Below, one piece after another: positions 25,695 through 35,597 of a stretch of DNA of 64,000 nucleotides (the stretch's first letter is position 1; each line of letters starts with the position of its first letter). The DNA is taken from positions 11,971-75,970 of the forward strand of contig CAIKAR010000059.1 in assembly GCA_903825465.1 (NCBI GenBank), given 5' to 3'. The stretch comes from an uncultured Hyphomicrobiales bacterium (lineage in GTDB: Bacteria > Pseudomonadota > Alphaproteobacteria > Rhizobiales > Beijerinckiaceae). A model generated the notes under the pieces. The model had not been told where the DNA came from. It did no database searches and worked only from the letters and a program-made list of their open reading frames with translations. A program made the translations under genes and the position numbers.

Positions 25695-27458
25695 ATGACG
25701 ATGAATCGACGCGACATATTGACCGGAGGCGCCGGCGCCGCGCTCGCGGCGACGGCGGAAATCGCCGCGACCTCGCCAGCCTCGGCGCAGGCCATCGAAT
25801 GGAACATCGACGCCGACATCGTCGTTGTCGGCGGCGGGGCGTCGGGCATGCCGGCGGCGATCGTGGCGCGCGAGGCGGGCAACAAGGTCGTTCTCGTCGA
25901 GGCGGAAAAGCACGCCGGCGGCCACGGGATTTGCAGCGGCGGCAATCTGCCGCTTGGCGGCGGCACCAGCTATCAGAAGAAATGGGGCATCAAGGACTCG
26001 CCCGACCTCGTGTATCAGGACCTCACCGACTGGTCCGTCGTCAGCGCCAACGGCGCGGCCGACTACCGCTACAACGACCGCGAAATCATCCGCGCCTTCG
26101 CCGACAATTGCGCGCCGGCCTACGAATTCCTCAAGGCGCACGGAGTCGTTGTTCACGACAAGCCGCCGGACACGCAGGGCGGCAACTCCGTCGGCGCCTC
26201 GGTGCCGCGCGAAATGCACTGCTCGCCCCAGGATTGGCCGCTGATCCAGACGGGCCAGCCGGCGACGCCCGAGCAAAAGGCGTCGTTGTCCACGGGCAAC
26301 GGCCTGATGCACCCGCTAATCGAAGCGGCGGCCAAGGCGGAAGTCGAAGTTCTGCTTGAGCACCGCATGAAGACGCTGCACCGCCAGGGTCCGCATTCCG
26401 GCGCGGTGATTGGAATCGCCGTCGAGCACGACGGCAAGATGATCAACATCCGCGCCCGCAAGGCCGTCATTCTCTGCACCGGTGGCTCGACGTCGAACGT
26501 GAATTTCCGCCGCATGTTCGATCCGCGCCTGACGGAAGAATACTGCGGCGTCGCCGGCACGCCCTGGTCCTATCAGGACGCCAGCGGCGAGCTCGCGGGC
26601 ATGGCCGTTGGCGCCTCGCTGTGGGGCCTCGCCAACAACCCCGCCGAAATGGGCTCCGTCATCACCAAACCCGGCACCATCGGCGGCCAGTTCGGCTACG
26701 TGAACCTGCAATTCCACCCTGGCAGCGAGGTGTTCGACAAGGCGCGGGCGGTCGGCCTGCGCGTCAAGGACTGGCAGAACGTCGTCACCGTCAACATGCT
26801 CGGCAAGCGCTTCTACGACGAGACGGGCCCGCAATACGCGTCGGACAACTACGGCGTCAACAAGGACTACGTGCCCGGCTCCTATCTCAACGCCAAGAAC
26901 ATGAAGTGGAATCCGCACAACTGGCTCGCGGCCGCCATGCAGGGCATCGGCGACGGCCAGAACGGCGGCGGACCGATCTGGGCGATCTTCGACGCCGACG
27001 CCGTCGAGCGCGAGAAATGGGACCCGAAGGCGCCGAACGTCGACGAGGCCAACGGCTTCTTCTACAAGGCCGACACGCTCGCCGAGCTCGCCAAGAAAAT
27101 CCAGATGCGCTTTCAGCGCGTGCCAATGCCGCCCGAAAACCTCGAGCAGACGGTGGCGCGTTACAATTCCTTCGTCGATTCCGGCAAGGACGACGATTTC
27201 GGCAAGCCAAAGCCCCTGTTCAAAATCGCCAAGGGGCCGTTCTACGCGGCGTGGGCGACGCCTGTGTTGCACGACACCCGCGCGGGGCTGCGCATCAACG
27301 CGAAATGCCAGGTTGTGGACATGAACGGCGAGATCATTCCCGGCCTCTTCGCCGGCGGCGAGACGGCGGGCGGCTTCAGCATGCACGGCATCGCCCGCGC
27401 GACGTGCCAGGGCTACATCGCCGGCAACTGGGCGATCAAGGAGCCGAGACGGGCGTAG
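25695..27458 (+). CDS. Tat-exported FAD-dependent oxidoreductase (FAD_binding_2, flavocytochrome c/FrdA-like)
   Basis: NRRDIL twin-Arg; VVVGGGASG; NMLGKRFYDE; LHDTRAGLRIN; GLFAGGE; GGAGG RBS. Confidence 0.88.
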   Translation: MTMNRRDILTGGAGAALAATAEIAATSPASAQAIEWNIDADIVVVGGGASGMPAAIVAREAGNKVVLVEAEKHAGGHGICSGGNLPLGGGTSYQKKWGIKDSPDLVYQDLTDWSVVSANGAADYRYNDREIIRAFADNCAPAYEFLKAHGVVVHDKPPDTQGGNSVGASVPREMHCSPQDWPLIQTGQPATPEQKASLSTGNGLMHPLIEAAAKAEVEVLLEHRMKTLHRQGPHSGAVIGIAVEHDGKMINIRARKAVILCTGGSTSNVNFRRMFDPRLTEEYCGVAGTPWSYQDASGELAGMAVGASLWGLANNPAEMGSVITKPGTIGGQFGYVNLQFHPGSEVFDKARAVGLRVKDWQNVVTVNMLGKRFYDETGPQYASDNYGVNKDYVPGSYLNAKNMKWNPHNWLAAAMQGIGDGQNGGGPIWAIFDADAVEREKWDPKAPNVDEANGFFYKADTLAELAKKIQMRFQRVPMPPENLEQTVARYNSFVDSGKDDDFGKPKPLFKIAKGPFYAAWATPVLHDTRAGLRINAKCQVVDMNGEIIPGLFAGGETAGGFSMHGIARATCQGYIAGNWAIKEPRRA

Positions 27459-27459
27459 G

Positions 27460-28782
27460 CTACAACGCCTGCCAAAACCTCACCGCCTCGCCCCGCGCGG
27501 GCGAGGCGAGTTCGCCTTCCCACATGACGCGCGCGCCGCGCACGATTGTTCCGACCGGCCAGCCTGTCACGGTCTTGCCGTCGTAGGGCGTCCAGCCGCA
27601 GCGCGAGGCGATCCAGGCGTCGCGGATGGTCTCGCGCCGCTTGAGATCGACCACCGTGAAATCGGCGTCGTAGCCCACCGCGACGCGGCCCTTGCCGGCG
27701 ACGCCAAACAAGCGCGCCGGGCTGGCGCTCGTCATGTCGACGAAGCGCTCCAGCGTCAGCCGCCCGGCCGCGACGTGATCGAGCATGACGGGCACGAGCG
27801 TCTGCGCGCCGGGCATGCCCGAAGGGCTCTGCGGATAGGGCTTCGCCTTCTCCTCCAGCGTGTGCGGGGCGTGGTCGGAGCCCAGAATATCGGCGATCCC
27901 CTGTGACAATCCCCACCAGATTTTCTTCTGGTGCGAGATGTCGCGCACCGGCGGGTTCATCTGCAACTTCGTGCCGATGGTGTCGTAGAGCGCGGCGTCC
28001 AGCGTGAGGTGATGAGGCGTCAGTTCGACGCTGGCGACATCCTTGTGGTCCCTCAGGAAGTCGATTTCCTCGCCTGTCGAGACATGCAGCACATGGATCG
28101 CCGCGCGTTGCGCGCGCGCGATCCGCACCAGCCGTTGCGTGCATTGAAGCGCGGTCGTCACGTCGCGCCAAACGGGATGCGAACGCGGGTCGCCGGGAAC
28201 GCGCTCGCCCTTGCGCTCCTCGAGCCGGTATTCGTCTTCGGAATGGAAAGCCGCGCGGCGGCGGGTTTTCGCCAAAATCGCCGCGACGCCCGGGTCGTCC
28301 TCGACGAGCAGCGATCCCGTCGACGAGCCCATGAACACCTTGATTCCCGCCGCCCCGGGCAACCGCTCCAACTCGGGAATGTCGTTCGCGTTCTCGTGCG
28401 TGCCGCCGACCCAGAAGGCGAAATCGCAATGCATGCGGTGGCGCCCGCGTTTCACCTTGTCCGCCAGCGCCTCGGCGCTCGTGGTCAGCGGATTGGTGTT
28501 GGGCATTTCGAACACGGCGGTGACGCCGCCCATGACCGCGGCGCGGGAGCCGGTTTCGAGGTCTTCCTTATGCTCCAGGCCAGGCTCGCGGAAATGCACC
28601 TGGCTGTCGATGACGCCGGGCAGGATGTGCAGGCCCTTGCAATCCACGACGTCGCCCGCCGAAGCCGCCGAGAGGTCGCCGATGGCCGCGATCCGGCCGC
28701 GGGTCACGCCAATGTCGCGCGCGCCAACGCCGTCGTGGTTGACGAGCACGCCGCCCTTGAGAATGAGATCGTATGTCGCCAT
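27460..28782 (-). CDS. pyrC: Dihydroorotase
   Basis: LPGVIDSQVHFREPG, GGVTAVFEMPNT, HSED, QMNPPVR, GSDHAPH, GYDADF. Confidence 0.92.
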   Translation of the reverse strand: MATYDLILKGGVLVNHDGVGARDIGVTRGRIAAIGDLSAASAGDVVDCKGLHILPGVIDSQVHFREPGLEHKEDLETGSRAAVMGGVTAVFEMPNTNPLTTSAEALADKVKRGRHRMHCDFAFWVGGTHENANDIPELERLPGAAGIKVFMGSSTGSLLVEDDPGVAAILAKTRRRAAFHSEDEYRLEERKGERVPGDPRSHPVWRDVTTALQCTQRLVRIARAQRAAIHVLHVSTGEEIDFLRDHKDVASVELTPHHLTLDAALYDTIGTKLQMNPPVRDISHQKKIWWGLSQGIADILGSDHAPHTLEEKAKPYPQSPSGMPGAQTLVPVMLDHVAAGRLTLERFVDMTSASPARLFGVAGKGRVAVGYDADFTVVDLKRRETIRDAWIASRCGWTPYDGKTVTGWPVGTIVRGARVMWEGELASPARGEAVRFWQAL

Positions 28783-28866
28783 GACAAGCTCCCGCCGCGC
28801 GGCCCTTGCCTTGCCGCGCAAGGCGCTTACTTAGAGCGTGCTGAAGGTTCAGGCAAAGGCGCGAAA

Positions 28867-29673
28867 ATGCCGTCGGCGTTTCTTGAGGATAGGGGCGTTG
28901 TCCGCGTGGCGGGCGTCGACGCGCGCGGTTTTTTGCAGGGCCTCGTCTCCTGCGACATGGACAAGGTGTCGCCGGACAGCGCGGCCTATGGCGCCTTGCT
29001 GACGCCGCAAGGCAAGATTGTCTGCGATTTCATCGTGTCGATGGAAGGCGGGGCGTTCGATCTCGACTGCCCGCGCGCGCTCGCCGCCGATCTCGCCAAG
29101 CGGCTGCGCTTCTACAAGCTGCGGGCCAAGGTCGAGATCGCCGACGTCTCCGAAACCCTCGGCGTCGTCGCGACCTGGGGCGAGCCATCGGGGGGTGTTC
29201 GTGATCCACGGCGTCTGGACATGGGAGCCCGGAAAATCGTCGAGCGCGCGGGGCAGGCCGCGGACGCCGCCGAGCGCGCCGCCTACACGGCCCTTCGCAT
29301 GGCGCGCATCGTGCCCGAAGGTGGCGCGGATTTCGCCTATGGCGACGCGTTTCCCCATGAGGCCAACTTGGACCTGCTCAATGGCGTCGATTTCAAAAAG
29401 GGCTGCTATATCGGTCAGGAAGTCGTCTCCCGCGTCGAGCATCGTGGCAGCGCCCGCAAGCGGATCGCGCGCGCGGAATTCGAGGGCGAAGCGGCGGCTG
29501 GCGCGGTTCTGATGGCTGGGGATATCGAGATCGGAACCCTCGGCGCGACCGCGCCGGGCATGGCGCTGGCCATGGTCCGCGTCGATCGCGCGCAAGAGGC
29601 CACGGCGGCGGGAACGCCGATCACAATCGAGGGACGCCACGCCACCCTCGCGCTCCCGGAAAAGCGCGGCTAA
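28867..29673 (+). CDS. ygfZ: YgfZ folate-binding Fe-S assembly/repair protein
   Basis: LLTPQGKI; signature KGCYIGQE; FPHEANLD. Confidence 0.93.
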   Translation: MPSAFLEDRGVVRVAGVDARGFLQGLVSCDMDKVSPDSAAYGALLTPQGKIVCDFIVSMEGGAFDLDCPRALAADLAKRLRFYKLRAKVEIADVSETLGVVATWGEPSGGVRDPRRLDMGARKIVERAGQAADAAERAAYTALRMARIVPEGGADFAYGDAFPHEANLDLLNGVDFKKGCYIGQEVVSRVEHRGSARKRIARAEFEGEAAAGAVLMAGDIEIGTLGATAPGMALAMVRVDRAQEATAAGTPITIEGRHATLALPEKRG

Positions 29674-29682
29674 ACTGGCGGC

Positions 29683-30411
29683 ATGACCAAATCGCCCCCG
29701 CCGAAACCCGCTAAATCCGCGCCCAAGTCGGGGCCCAAGCCCGCGCCCAAGTCGGTGCCCAAGCCCGCGTCAAAGTCCGGGTCCACGCCCGCTCCAAAGC
29801 CGGCCCCCAAGCCGCGCCCAGCGCCTATCCTGCACGACGATGGCAAGCGTCGCTGCGCTTGGCCCGGCCTCGACCCGCTCTATGTCGCCTATCACGACGA
29901 GGAATGGGGCGTGCCGGAATACGATTCGCGCGCGCTGTTTGAAAAGCTTTTGCTCGACGGCTTTCAGGCTGGCCTGTCGTGGATCACCATTCTGCGCAAG
30001 CGCGACAACTTCCGCGCCGCCTTCGACGGCTTCGACCCCCACAAAATCGCCCGCTACGACGCCCGCAAGCTCGAAGCTTTGATGGGCGACGCGGGCATCG
30101 TGCGCAACCGCGGCAAGATCGAGAGTTCCGTGAATTCCGCGCGCGCGTTTCTCGCCATTGAAGAGAAGCGGGGGTTCTCGAATTTCCTGTGGAATTACGT
30201 CGATGGCGCGCCGCTGCAAAACAATCTCGATTCCCTTGATGAAATGCGGGCCGAAACCGACCTGTCGAAGAAAATCTCGAAAGAGCTGAAGACCGCGGGC
30301 TTCAATTTCGTCGGGCCGACGATCGTTTACGCCTTCATGCAGGCGGTCGGCATGGTCAACGACCATGTCGTCGGCTGCCACCGCCACGCCGAACTCGGTG
30401 GCGGAAAATAA
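29683..30411 (+). CDS. tag: DNA-3-methyladenine glycosylase I with a Pro/Lys-rich N-terminal tail
   Basis: RCAW, YHDEEWG, FQAGLSWITILRKR, IVRNRGKI, FVGPTIVYAFMQAVGMVNDH. Confidence 0.93.
   Translation: MTKSPPPKPAKSAPKSGPKPAPKSVPKPASKSGSTPAPKPAPKPRPAPILHDDGKRRCAWPGLDPLYVAYHDEEWGVPEYDSRALFEKLLLDGFQAGLSWITILRKRDNFRAAFDGFDPHKIARYDARKLEALMGDAGIVRNRGKIESSVNSARAFLAIEEKRGFSNFLWNYVDGAPLQNNLDSLDEMRAETDLSKKISKELKTAGFNFVGPTIVYAFMQAVGMVNDHVVGCHRHAELGGGK
29719..29814 (+). repeat. Four degenerate 24-nt tandem repeats in the tag 5' end
   Basis: Units encode APKSGPKP, APKSVPKP, ASKSGSTP, APKPAPKP; the first two differ at one base. Confidence 0.8.
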
Positions 30412-31025
30412 TGGCGCGCAAGCCCGAGCGGCCGCGCGCCTGGCAGCGCATGTTGTCCGGGCGCAGGCTCGACCTGCTCGATCCCTCGCCCCTGGACGTC
30501 GAGATCGAGGACATCGCCCATGGGCTCGCCCGCGTCGCGCGCTGGAACGGCCAGACGCGGGGCCCGCATATTTTTTCCGTCGCGCAGCATTCGCTGCTGG
30601 TGGAGCGAATCGCCGACGCGCTCGATCCTGGCCTGCCGGCGCGGTGGCGGATGACGGCCCTGCTTCACGACGCTCCCGAATATGTGATCGGCGATATTAT
30701 TTCGCCATTCAAGGCGGCCGTCGGCGACAGCTACAAAAGCGTGGAAAACCGCATTCTGGCGGCGATTCACGTCCGCTTTTCGCTGCCCGCGACGGCGCCG
30801 ACGGCTCTGGCGAAGCTGATAAAAAAAGCCGACCACGCCGCCGCCTTCATCGAAGCGACTCATTTGGCTGGTTTCACACACGAGGAAGCCGAGCGATTCT
30901 TCGGATTGCCCGAAGCGCGCCCGCGCGACCTCGACGCGCTGATCGCGCCCGCGCCGTCGAACGAAGCCGAGGCGCGCTTCCTCGAGGGGTTTCGACGCCT
31001 CGAGGCCGAGATGGCTGGAGATTAG
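30411..31025 (+). CDS. HD-domain hydrolase, YfbR-like
   Basis: EDIAHGLA..RWNGQT, SVAQHS, ALLHDAPEY; TAATG overlap with tag. Confidence 0.88.
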   Translation: MARKPERPRAWQRMLSGRRLDLLDPSPLDVEIEDIAHGLARVARWNGQTRGPHIFSVAQHSLLVERIADALDPGLPARWRMTALLHDAPEYVIGDIISPFKAAVGDSYKSVENRILAAIHVRFSLPATAPTALAKLIKKADHAAAFIEATHLAGFTHEEAERFFGLPEARPRDLDALIAPAPSNEAEARFLEGFRRLEAEMAGD

Positions 31026-31028
31026 CCC

Positions 31029-31541
31029 ATGCCGCGCATCCATGTGTGTCCACTGTCGCGCGTCGACGAGGTCGCCAGGCGCGTCGGCGCGGCCTCGCTG
31101 GTGACGCTAATCAATCCGGATTTCGACGTGAGGCGGCCGTCCTGCATCGACGCCTCGCGGCATCTGCGCCTGTCGCTGGCGGACATCGACGCGCCGGCGG
31201 AGGAGCATGTCGCGCCGGGGGAGGACCATGTGCGCGACCTCGTCGCCTTCGCGCGCGCTTGGGGCCGCCGGGAGCCCATGCTGATCCATTGCTACGCGGG
31301 CGTCAGCCGCTCGACCGCCGCGGCGTTGATCGTCGCCGCCGCGCTGTGCCCGACGCGCGACGAGCGCGAACTGGCCCGCGACCTGCGCGAGGCCTCGCCG
31401 ACCGCGACGCCCAACAGCTTGCTGATCCGCCACGCCGACGCTGTGCTCGCGCGCCGCGGCAGGCTGGTCGCGGCGGCGGCGTCCATCGGACGCGGCGCCG
31501 ATTGTTGCGAAGGCGAGCCTTTCGCGCTGGAAGTGGCGTGA
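31029..31541 (+). CDS. Predicted protein-tyrosine/dual-specificity phosphatase
   Basis: P-loop HCYAGVSRS; ATPN. Confidence 0.85.
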   Translation: MPRIHVCPLSRVDEVARRVGAASLVTLINPDFDVRRPSCIDASRHLRLSLADIDAPAEEHVAPGEDHVRDLVAFARAWGRREPMLIHCYAGVSRSTAAALIVAAALCPTRDERELARDLREASPTATPNSLLIRHADAVLARRGRLVAAAASIGRGADCCEGEPFALEVA

Positions 31542-31551
31542 GGCGGGCGCC

Positions 31552-32529
31552 TCACTCGCCTTCGATCTTGTTGGCGACGATGACTTCCTTCCAGCGCAGG
31601 CTGTCTTTTTTGATATAGGCGGCGGCGTCGACGGCGCTGTTCAAAACCGGAACCGCGTGCAGATTGGCGAAGGCCTTGCGCGCGTCCGGCTGCTCGAACG
31701 CCGCGCGGATTTCGGCGGAGATTTTCTCGGCCAGCGGCAAGGGCGTCTTCGCCGGCGCGGCGACCGCGAACCAAGCCGTGGACACATAGCCCGGCAACAC
31801 CGAGCCGATGGTGGGCACGCCGGGCAATTCGAGCGACGGCGCCTCGGAGCCCACGGCGAGCGCGCGCAACGCGCCGCTCTGAAGAGACGGAAACAGGTCG
31901 AGCAGCGGCGCGAACGTCAGATCGACGCGGCCGGCCTGCAGTTCGGTAACGACTTGCGTGACGCCCGTGAAGGGCACGTGCAGCATATCGACGCCGGTCT
32001 TGTTCTTGAACGCCTCCGCCGCCAGGTGAAGCGTCGAGCCCTTGCCGGTCGAAGCGTAGGTCAGCTTTCCCGGATTGGCCTTGGCGTAGGCGATCAGCGC
32101 CGGAATATCCTTGAAATCGAGGCCTGGCCGCAGCGCCAGCACCGTCGGCACATCGGCCATCACGGTGACGGGCACGAACGCCTCGGGATCGTAGCCGAGC
32201 TTGGGAAACAGGTATTTGTTGACGGCGAGCGAGGGCGGCGGCGCGGTCAACAAGGTATAGCCATCGGGCGCCGCGCGCGAAAACAGTTCCGCGCCGATGT
32301 TGTGCGAGGCGCCGACGCGGTTCTCGATGACGAAGGGCTGGCCGAACTTTTCCTGCAGGCCCTTGGCGTAGATGCGGGCCAGCAAGTCGGCCGAACTGCC
32401 CGCCGGCACCGGCACGATGATCCTGACGCCATGGTTTGGCCAATCCGCCTGCGCCAGCGCGGGCGTCGTCAGGGCGGACATGGGCAGGGCGGCGACAAGC
32501 GCGGCGATGGCCCAGCGGGAAAAAAGCAT
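31552..32529 (-). CDS. Bug/TctC substrate-binding protein (canonical Bordetella-type)
   Basis: WPNHGVRIIVPVPAGSSAD, VIENRVGASHNIG, APDGYTL, HVPFTG. Confidence 0.9.
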   Translation of the reverse strand: MLFSRWAIAALVAALPMSALTTPALAQADWPNHGVRIIVPVPAGSSADLLARIYAKGLQEKFGQPFVIENRVGASHNIGAELFSRAAPDGYTLLTAPPPSLAVNKYLFPKLGYDPEAFVPVTVMADVPTVLALRPGLDFKDIPALIAYAKANPGKLTYASTGKGSTLHLAAEAFKNKTGVDMLHVPFTGVTQVVTELQAGRVDLTFAPLLDLFPSLQSGALRALAVGSEAPSLELPGVPTIGSVLPGYVSTAWFAVAAPAKTPLPLAEKISAEIRAAFEQPDARKAFANLHAVPVLNSAVDAAAYIKKDSLRWKEVIVANKIEGE

Positions 32530-32673
32530 TATCAGGGCCTTTCGTTTCGATGTTGGCGTCCGACTATCAACGGCAGGCGGCGCGGGTCAACAGCCCAAGC
32601 GGACAGGCTCTATCAGTTGGCCGCCGGGCTTGCTACAAACCCGGCGCGATTCCCCCCTGCAAGGAAACATTCC

Positions 32674-33198
32674 ATGACGTTCAGTCTTTCCCACGCCGCC
32701 TTTCCCTCGATCGAAACGACCCTCAACGCGCTTTCGGCCAATCTCGACAAGGGCGAGGCCTACGCCGCGGCGAAAAAGATCGACGCGTCGGTGCTTTTAC
32801 AGACGCGGATCGCGCCCGACATGTTCCCGCTGACGCGCCAGGTGCTGATCGCCTGCGACGTCGCGAAGAACGGCTTGTCGCGTCTCGCCGGCGTCGAAGC
32901 GCCCAAATTCGAGGACAACGAAACCACCGTCGCGCAGCTCAAGGAGCGGATCGCCAAGACCGTCGCTTTCATCAAGACGCTCGACCGCGCCAAGATCGAC
33001 GCTTCGGTCGCCGCGGACATCACGTTCCCGACGGGCCAGACCAGCAAAGGCGTGATGAAGGGCGGCGACTATTTGACCATGTTCATCCTGCCCAACGTCC
33101 ATTTCCACGCGGCGACGGCTTACGGGATTCTCCGTCATTGCGGCGTCGAGGTCGGCAAGAAGGATTTCCTCGGCGCGATTCCGATGACAGCGGCTTGA
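32674..33198 (+). CDS. DUF1993 family protein
   Basis: RIAPDMFPLTRQVLIACD, PNVHFHAATAYGILRHCGVEVGKKDFLG. Confidence 0.88.
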   Translation: MTFSLSHAAFPSIETTLNALSANLDKGEAYAAAKKIDASVLLQTRIAPDMFPLTRQVLIACDVAKNGLSRLAGVEAPKFEDNETTVAQLKERIAKTVAFIKTLDRAKIDASVAADITFPTGQTSKGVMKGGDYLTMFILPNVHFHAATAYGILRHCGVEVGKKDFLGAIPMTAA

Positions 33199-33204
33199 TT
33201 TAAA

Positions 33205-33236
33205 GCGCGCGGCGGCATTTGACCGCCGCCGCGCGC
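33205..33236 (+). terminator. GC-rich hairpin downstream of the DUF1993 gene
   Basis: 12-bp stem gcgcgcggcggc/gccgccgcgcgc; only a distant short U-run. Confidence 0.5.
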
Positions 33237-33277
33237 GCCCGTATTTTCCGCTGAACAATTTCCGCCGGGAGGATGCC

Positions 33278-34315
33278 ATGCTCAAGACCCTCGCGCTTCT
33301 CGCCGCGCTGGCGCCGCTCGGCGCGGCCACGCCGGCTGGCGCGCAATCCGCCGATCCCGCGACATGGTACAAGACACACACGACGCGCTTCATTTCGGGC
33401 GGCGGGCCGGGCGGCGGCTACGACAACTACGCGCGGCTGCTGGCGCCGCACATGGCGCTCGCGCTCGGCGGCAACGTGGTGGTGGAGAACCAGCCCGCGG
33501 CCGGTGGCATCGTCGGGCTCAACCGCATCTACGCCAACGAGCCCGACGGCCTGCAATTCATCATCCTGAACGGCGGCGCTGCGGTCATCTCGCAATTGTT
33601 CGACCTGCCAACGGTGCAATACAACCTCGCGAAGGTGAATTTTCTGGCGACGGTCAGCTCATCGCCGTGGATCGTGCTGGTCAAGCCGGATTCTCCCTAC
33701 AATTCCCTGGCCGACCTTGCGAAGGCGGGCAAAACAATCCGCTGGCCGGCGACGGGCCCCATCGACGGCTTGTCGGACGGCGCCTCGATGCTCTGCGCGG
33801 CCTATGAAATGCAGTGCCGTGTCGTGCTCGGCTACAAATCGTCGAGCGAAGGCGCGCTCGCCGTCGAGCGCGGCGAGATGGACGCGCTCTATGTGTCGGA
33901 CACCTCCGCCAACAGTTACATCAAGAACCACGAGGCGCGCGCCATCGCCGTGATCTCGCGCGAGCGCTCGCGCTTCCTCCCCGACACGCCGACGATTTTC
34001 GAACAGGGCGGCCTGAGCGAGCAGCAGGACTGGTGGTTGCAAGCGCGCGCCGACATCGACGCGCTTGGCCGCATCGTTATCGCCGGGCCGAACGTCAATC
34101 CCGAGCGCATGGCCTATTTGCAGGCGACGATGAAGAAGGTCGTCACCGACCCCGCCATCATGGCGGAAGGCGACAAGCTTGAGCGCTATCTGGACTTCCA
34201 GAGCCCCGAGGCGACAAGCAAGCGCGCGCTGGGCCTGATCAACGGCGTCACAGGCGAGCGCAAGGCGACGCTGAAGGACGTGGTGATGAGGAAATATCTG
34301 CCGGGCGCGGAGTGA
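33278..34315 (+). CDS. Bug/TctC substrate-binding protein
   Basis: Signal peptide; GGGPGGGYDNYAR; VENQPAAGG; AVERGEMD. Confidence 0.87.
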   Translation: MLKTLALLAALAPLGAATPAGAQSADPATWYKTHTTRFISGGGPGGGYDNYARLLAPHMALALGGNVVVENQPAAGGIVGLNRIYANEPDGLQFIILNGGAAVISQLFDLPTVQYNLAKVNFLATVSSSPWIVLVKPDSPYNSLADLAKAGKTIRWPATGPIDGLSDGASMLCAAYEMQCRVVLGYKSSSEGALAVERGEMDALYVSDTSANSYIKNHEARAIAVISRERSRFLPDTPTIFEQGGLSEQQDWWLQARADIDALGRIVIAGPNVNPERMAYLQATMKKVVTDPAIMAEGDKLERYLDFQSPEATSKRALGLINGVTGERKATLKDVVMRKYLPGAE

Positions 34316-34340
34316 CGCGGCTTTTCGCGCGGCGCCCGGC

Positions 34341-35453
34341 TCATCCGTTGAAATACCTCTCCATCGCCGGGGTGACGCCGGCCTTTTTCATCTCCTCCAG
34401 CCAGATCTGGTGGATGCGCTTGTCCTGATCCTCGTATTCGATCTGGTTGCCGCCTTCCTTCACGCTGAGCGACGACGCCTGCCGCTTGGCGCCCTTTTCG
34501 CCGACCATCGAGCGGCGCTTCGCCGACGTGAAGGGATAGCGCACGTTGCCGACGCCGGTGGCGAGATAGCGCGCGGGCTCGTTGCTCGTGTTGAAATGCT
34601 GATGGAACTGGGCCTCGCAGGGCGGGAAGGCGACGCCGTGCTTCCATTCGATGCGGGTGAACTCGGTTTCGCCAGCGAACCACAGCAGCGAATAGCCGTG
34701 GCCGGAAACGCATACGACATGCGTGCCGGCGCCGTGCTTATGGCCTTTTTTATATGTGCCCACCGGCATTTCCGACATGTGGCCCGACATGATGCCGTCG
34801 GCGAGCACGAACTTGATGTTGCTGGAGCCGCCGCCGCGGTCGGCGTAGGATTGCAGGCCGAGAACCGACATGTCGGGCACGAAATTCGTTTCCCAGATGT
34901 GGTTGCCGGGACGAATTGAAATGAGGTCGCCTTCGCCGGCGTAGTATTTCTCCTGGCCGACGCGGTCGGCGAAATCATACCCGTTGTCGAAGACGAAGCC
35001 GGGGTTGTGGAACGTGTTGAGAATCAGCGGCAGGTTCGTGGTGCTGACGATCAACGCGCGTTTCCTTCCATCGGCGTTGAAAAAGCGGTGCGTCACGTTC
35101 ACGGGCACGGAGAACATCGACTTCGGCGACCATTCGAAGCTGCGCTTGCGCCCGTCGGGGAATTCGATCTGCGTGCTGCCGTGGCCTTCGAGCACGTAGT
35201 AAACGTCCTCGTAGATGTGCCGCATCGGCGCGGTCGACTTGCCCTGCGCGACCTCGAACAGGAACATGTTGCAGAAATCGCCGCGGCCCTTGAAATGCAC
35301 CGTCGCGCCCTTGGCGCCGATGCGCGGCCAATGGCCGTTTTGAACCTCGAAAAGATCGACCGCGTAGTCGCCCTCGACGACCGGCATGCCCTCCGCGTGA
35401 ACCCAGTCGAGGTAGGGGTCGATGCCATAGACGGGCGCTGCGGCGTCGGGCAT
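34341..35453 (-). CDS. Bicupin protein (gentisate-dioxygenase-like fold)
   Basis: MRHIYEDVYYVLEGHG; KGHKHGAG..GHGYSLLW; FHQHFN. Confidence 0.78.
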   Translation of the reverse strand: MPDAAAPVYGIDPYLDWVHAEGMPVVEGDYAVDLFEVQNGHWPRIGAKGATVHFKGRGDFCNMFLFEVAQGKSTAPMRHIYEDVYYVLEGHGSTQIEFPDGRKRSFEWSPKSMFSVPVNVTHRFFNADGRKRALIVSTTNLPLILNTFHNPGFVFDNGYDFADRVGQEKYYAGEGDLISIRPGNHIWETNFVPDMSVLGLQSYADRGGGSSNIKFVLADGIMSGHMSEMPVGTYKKGHKHGAGTHVVCVSGHGYSLLWFAGETEFTRIEWKHGVAFPPCEAQFHQHFNTSNEPARYLATGVGNVRYPFTSAKRRSMVGEKGAKRQASSLSVKEGGNQIEYEDQDKRIHQIWLEEMKKAGVTPAMERYFNG

Positions 35454-35597
35454 TGCGCGGGTTCCTCCGAAACCGTTTCGACGTCCGCGACGCGGCCATC
35501 GCATATGACAACCGCGGCGAACGGGTGTTAGAAAGCTTTATCCGACAAGTCGCGCGGACGCGCAACGGTTGGCCGGGCGGGGCGGGGCGAGGACGGG

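Noticed and set aside
27460-28782. pyrC as part of the hydantoinase module
   Set aside because: It is convergent with the module and in its usual divergent context with ygfZ, so it is most simply the housekeeping dihydroorotase.
29719-29814. CRISPR-like or intergenic repeat array
   Set aside because: The repeats are contiguous, in frame and coding, with no spacers; no cas genes in the window.
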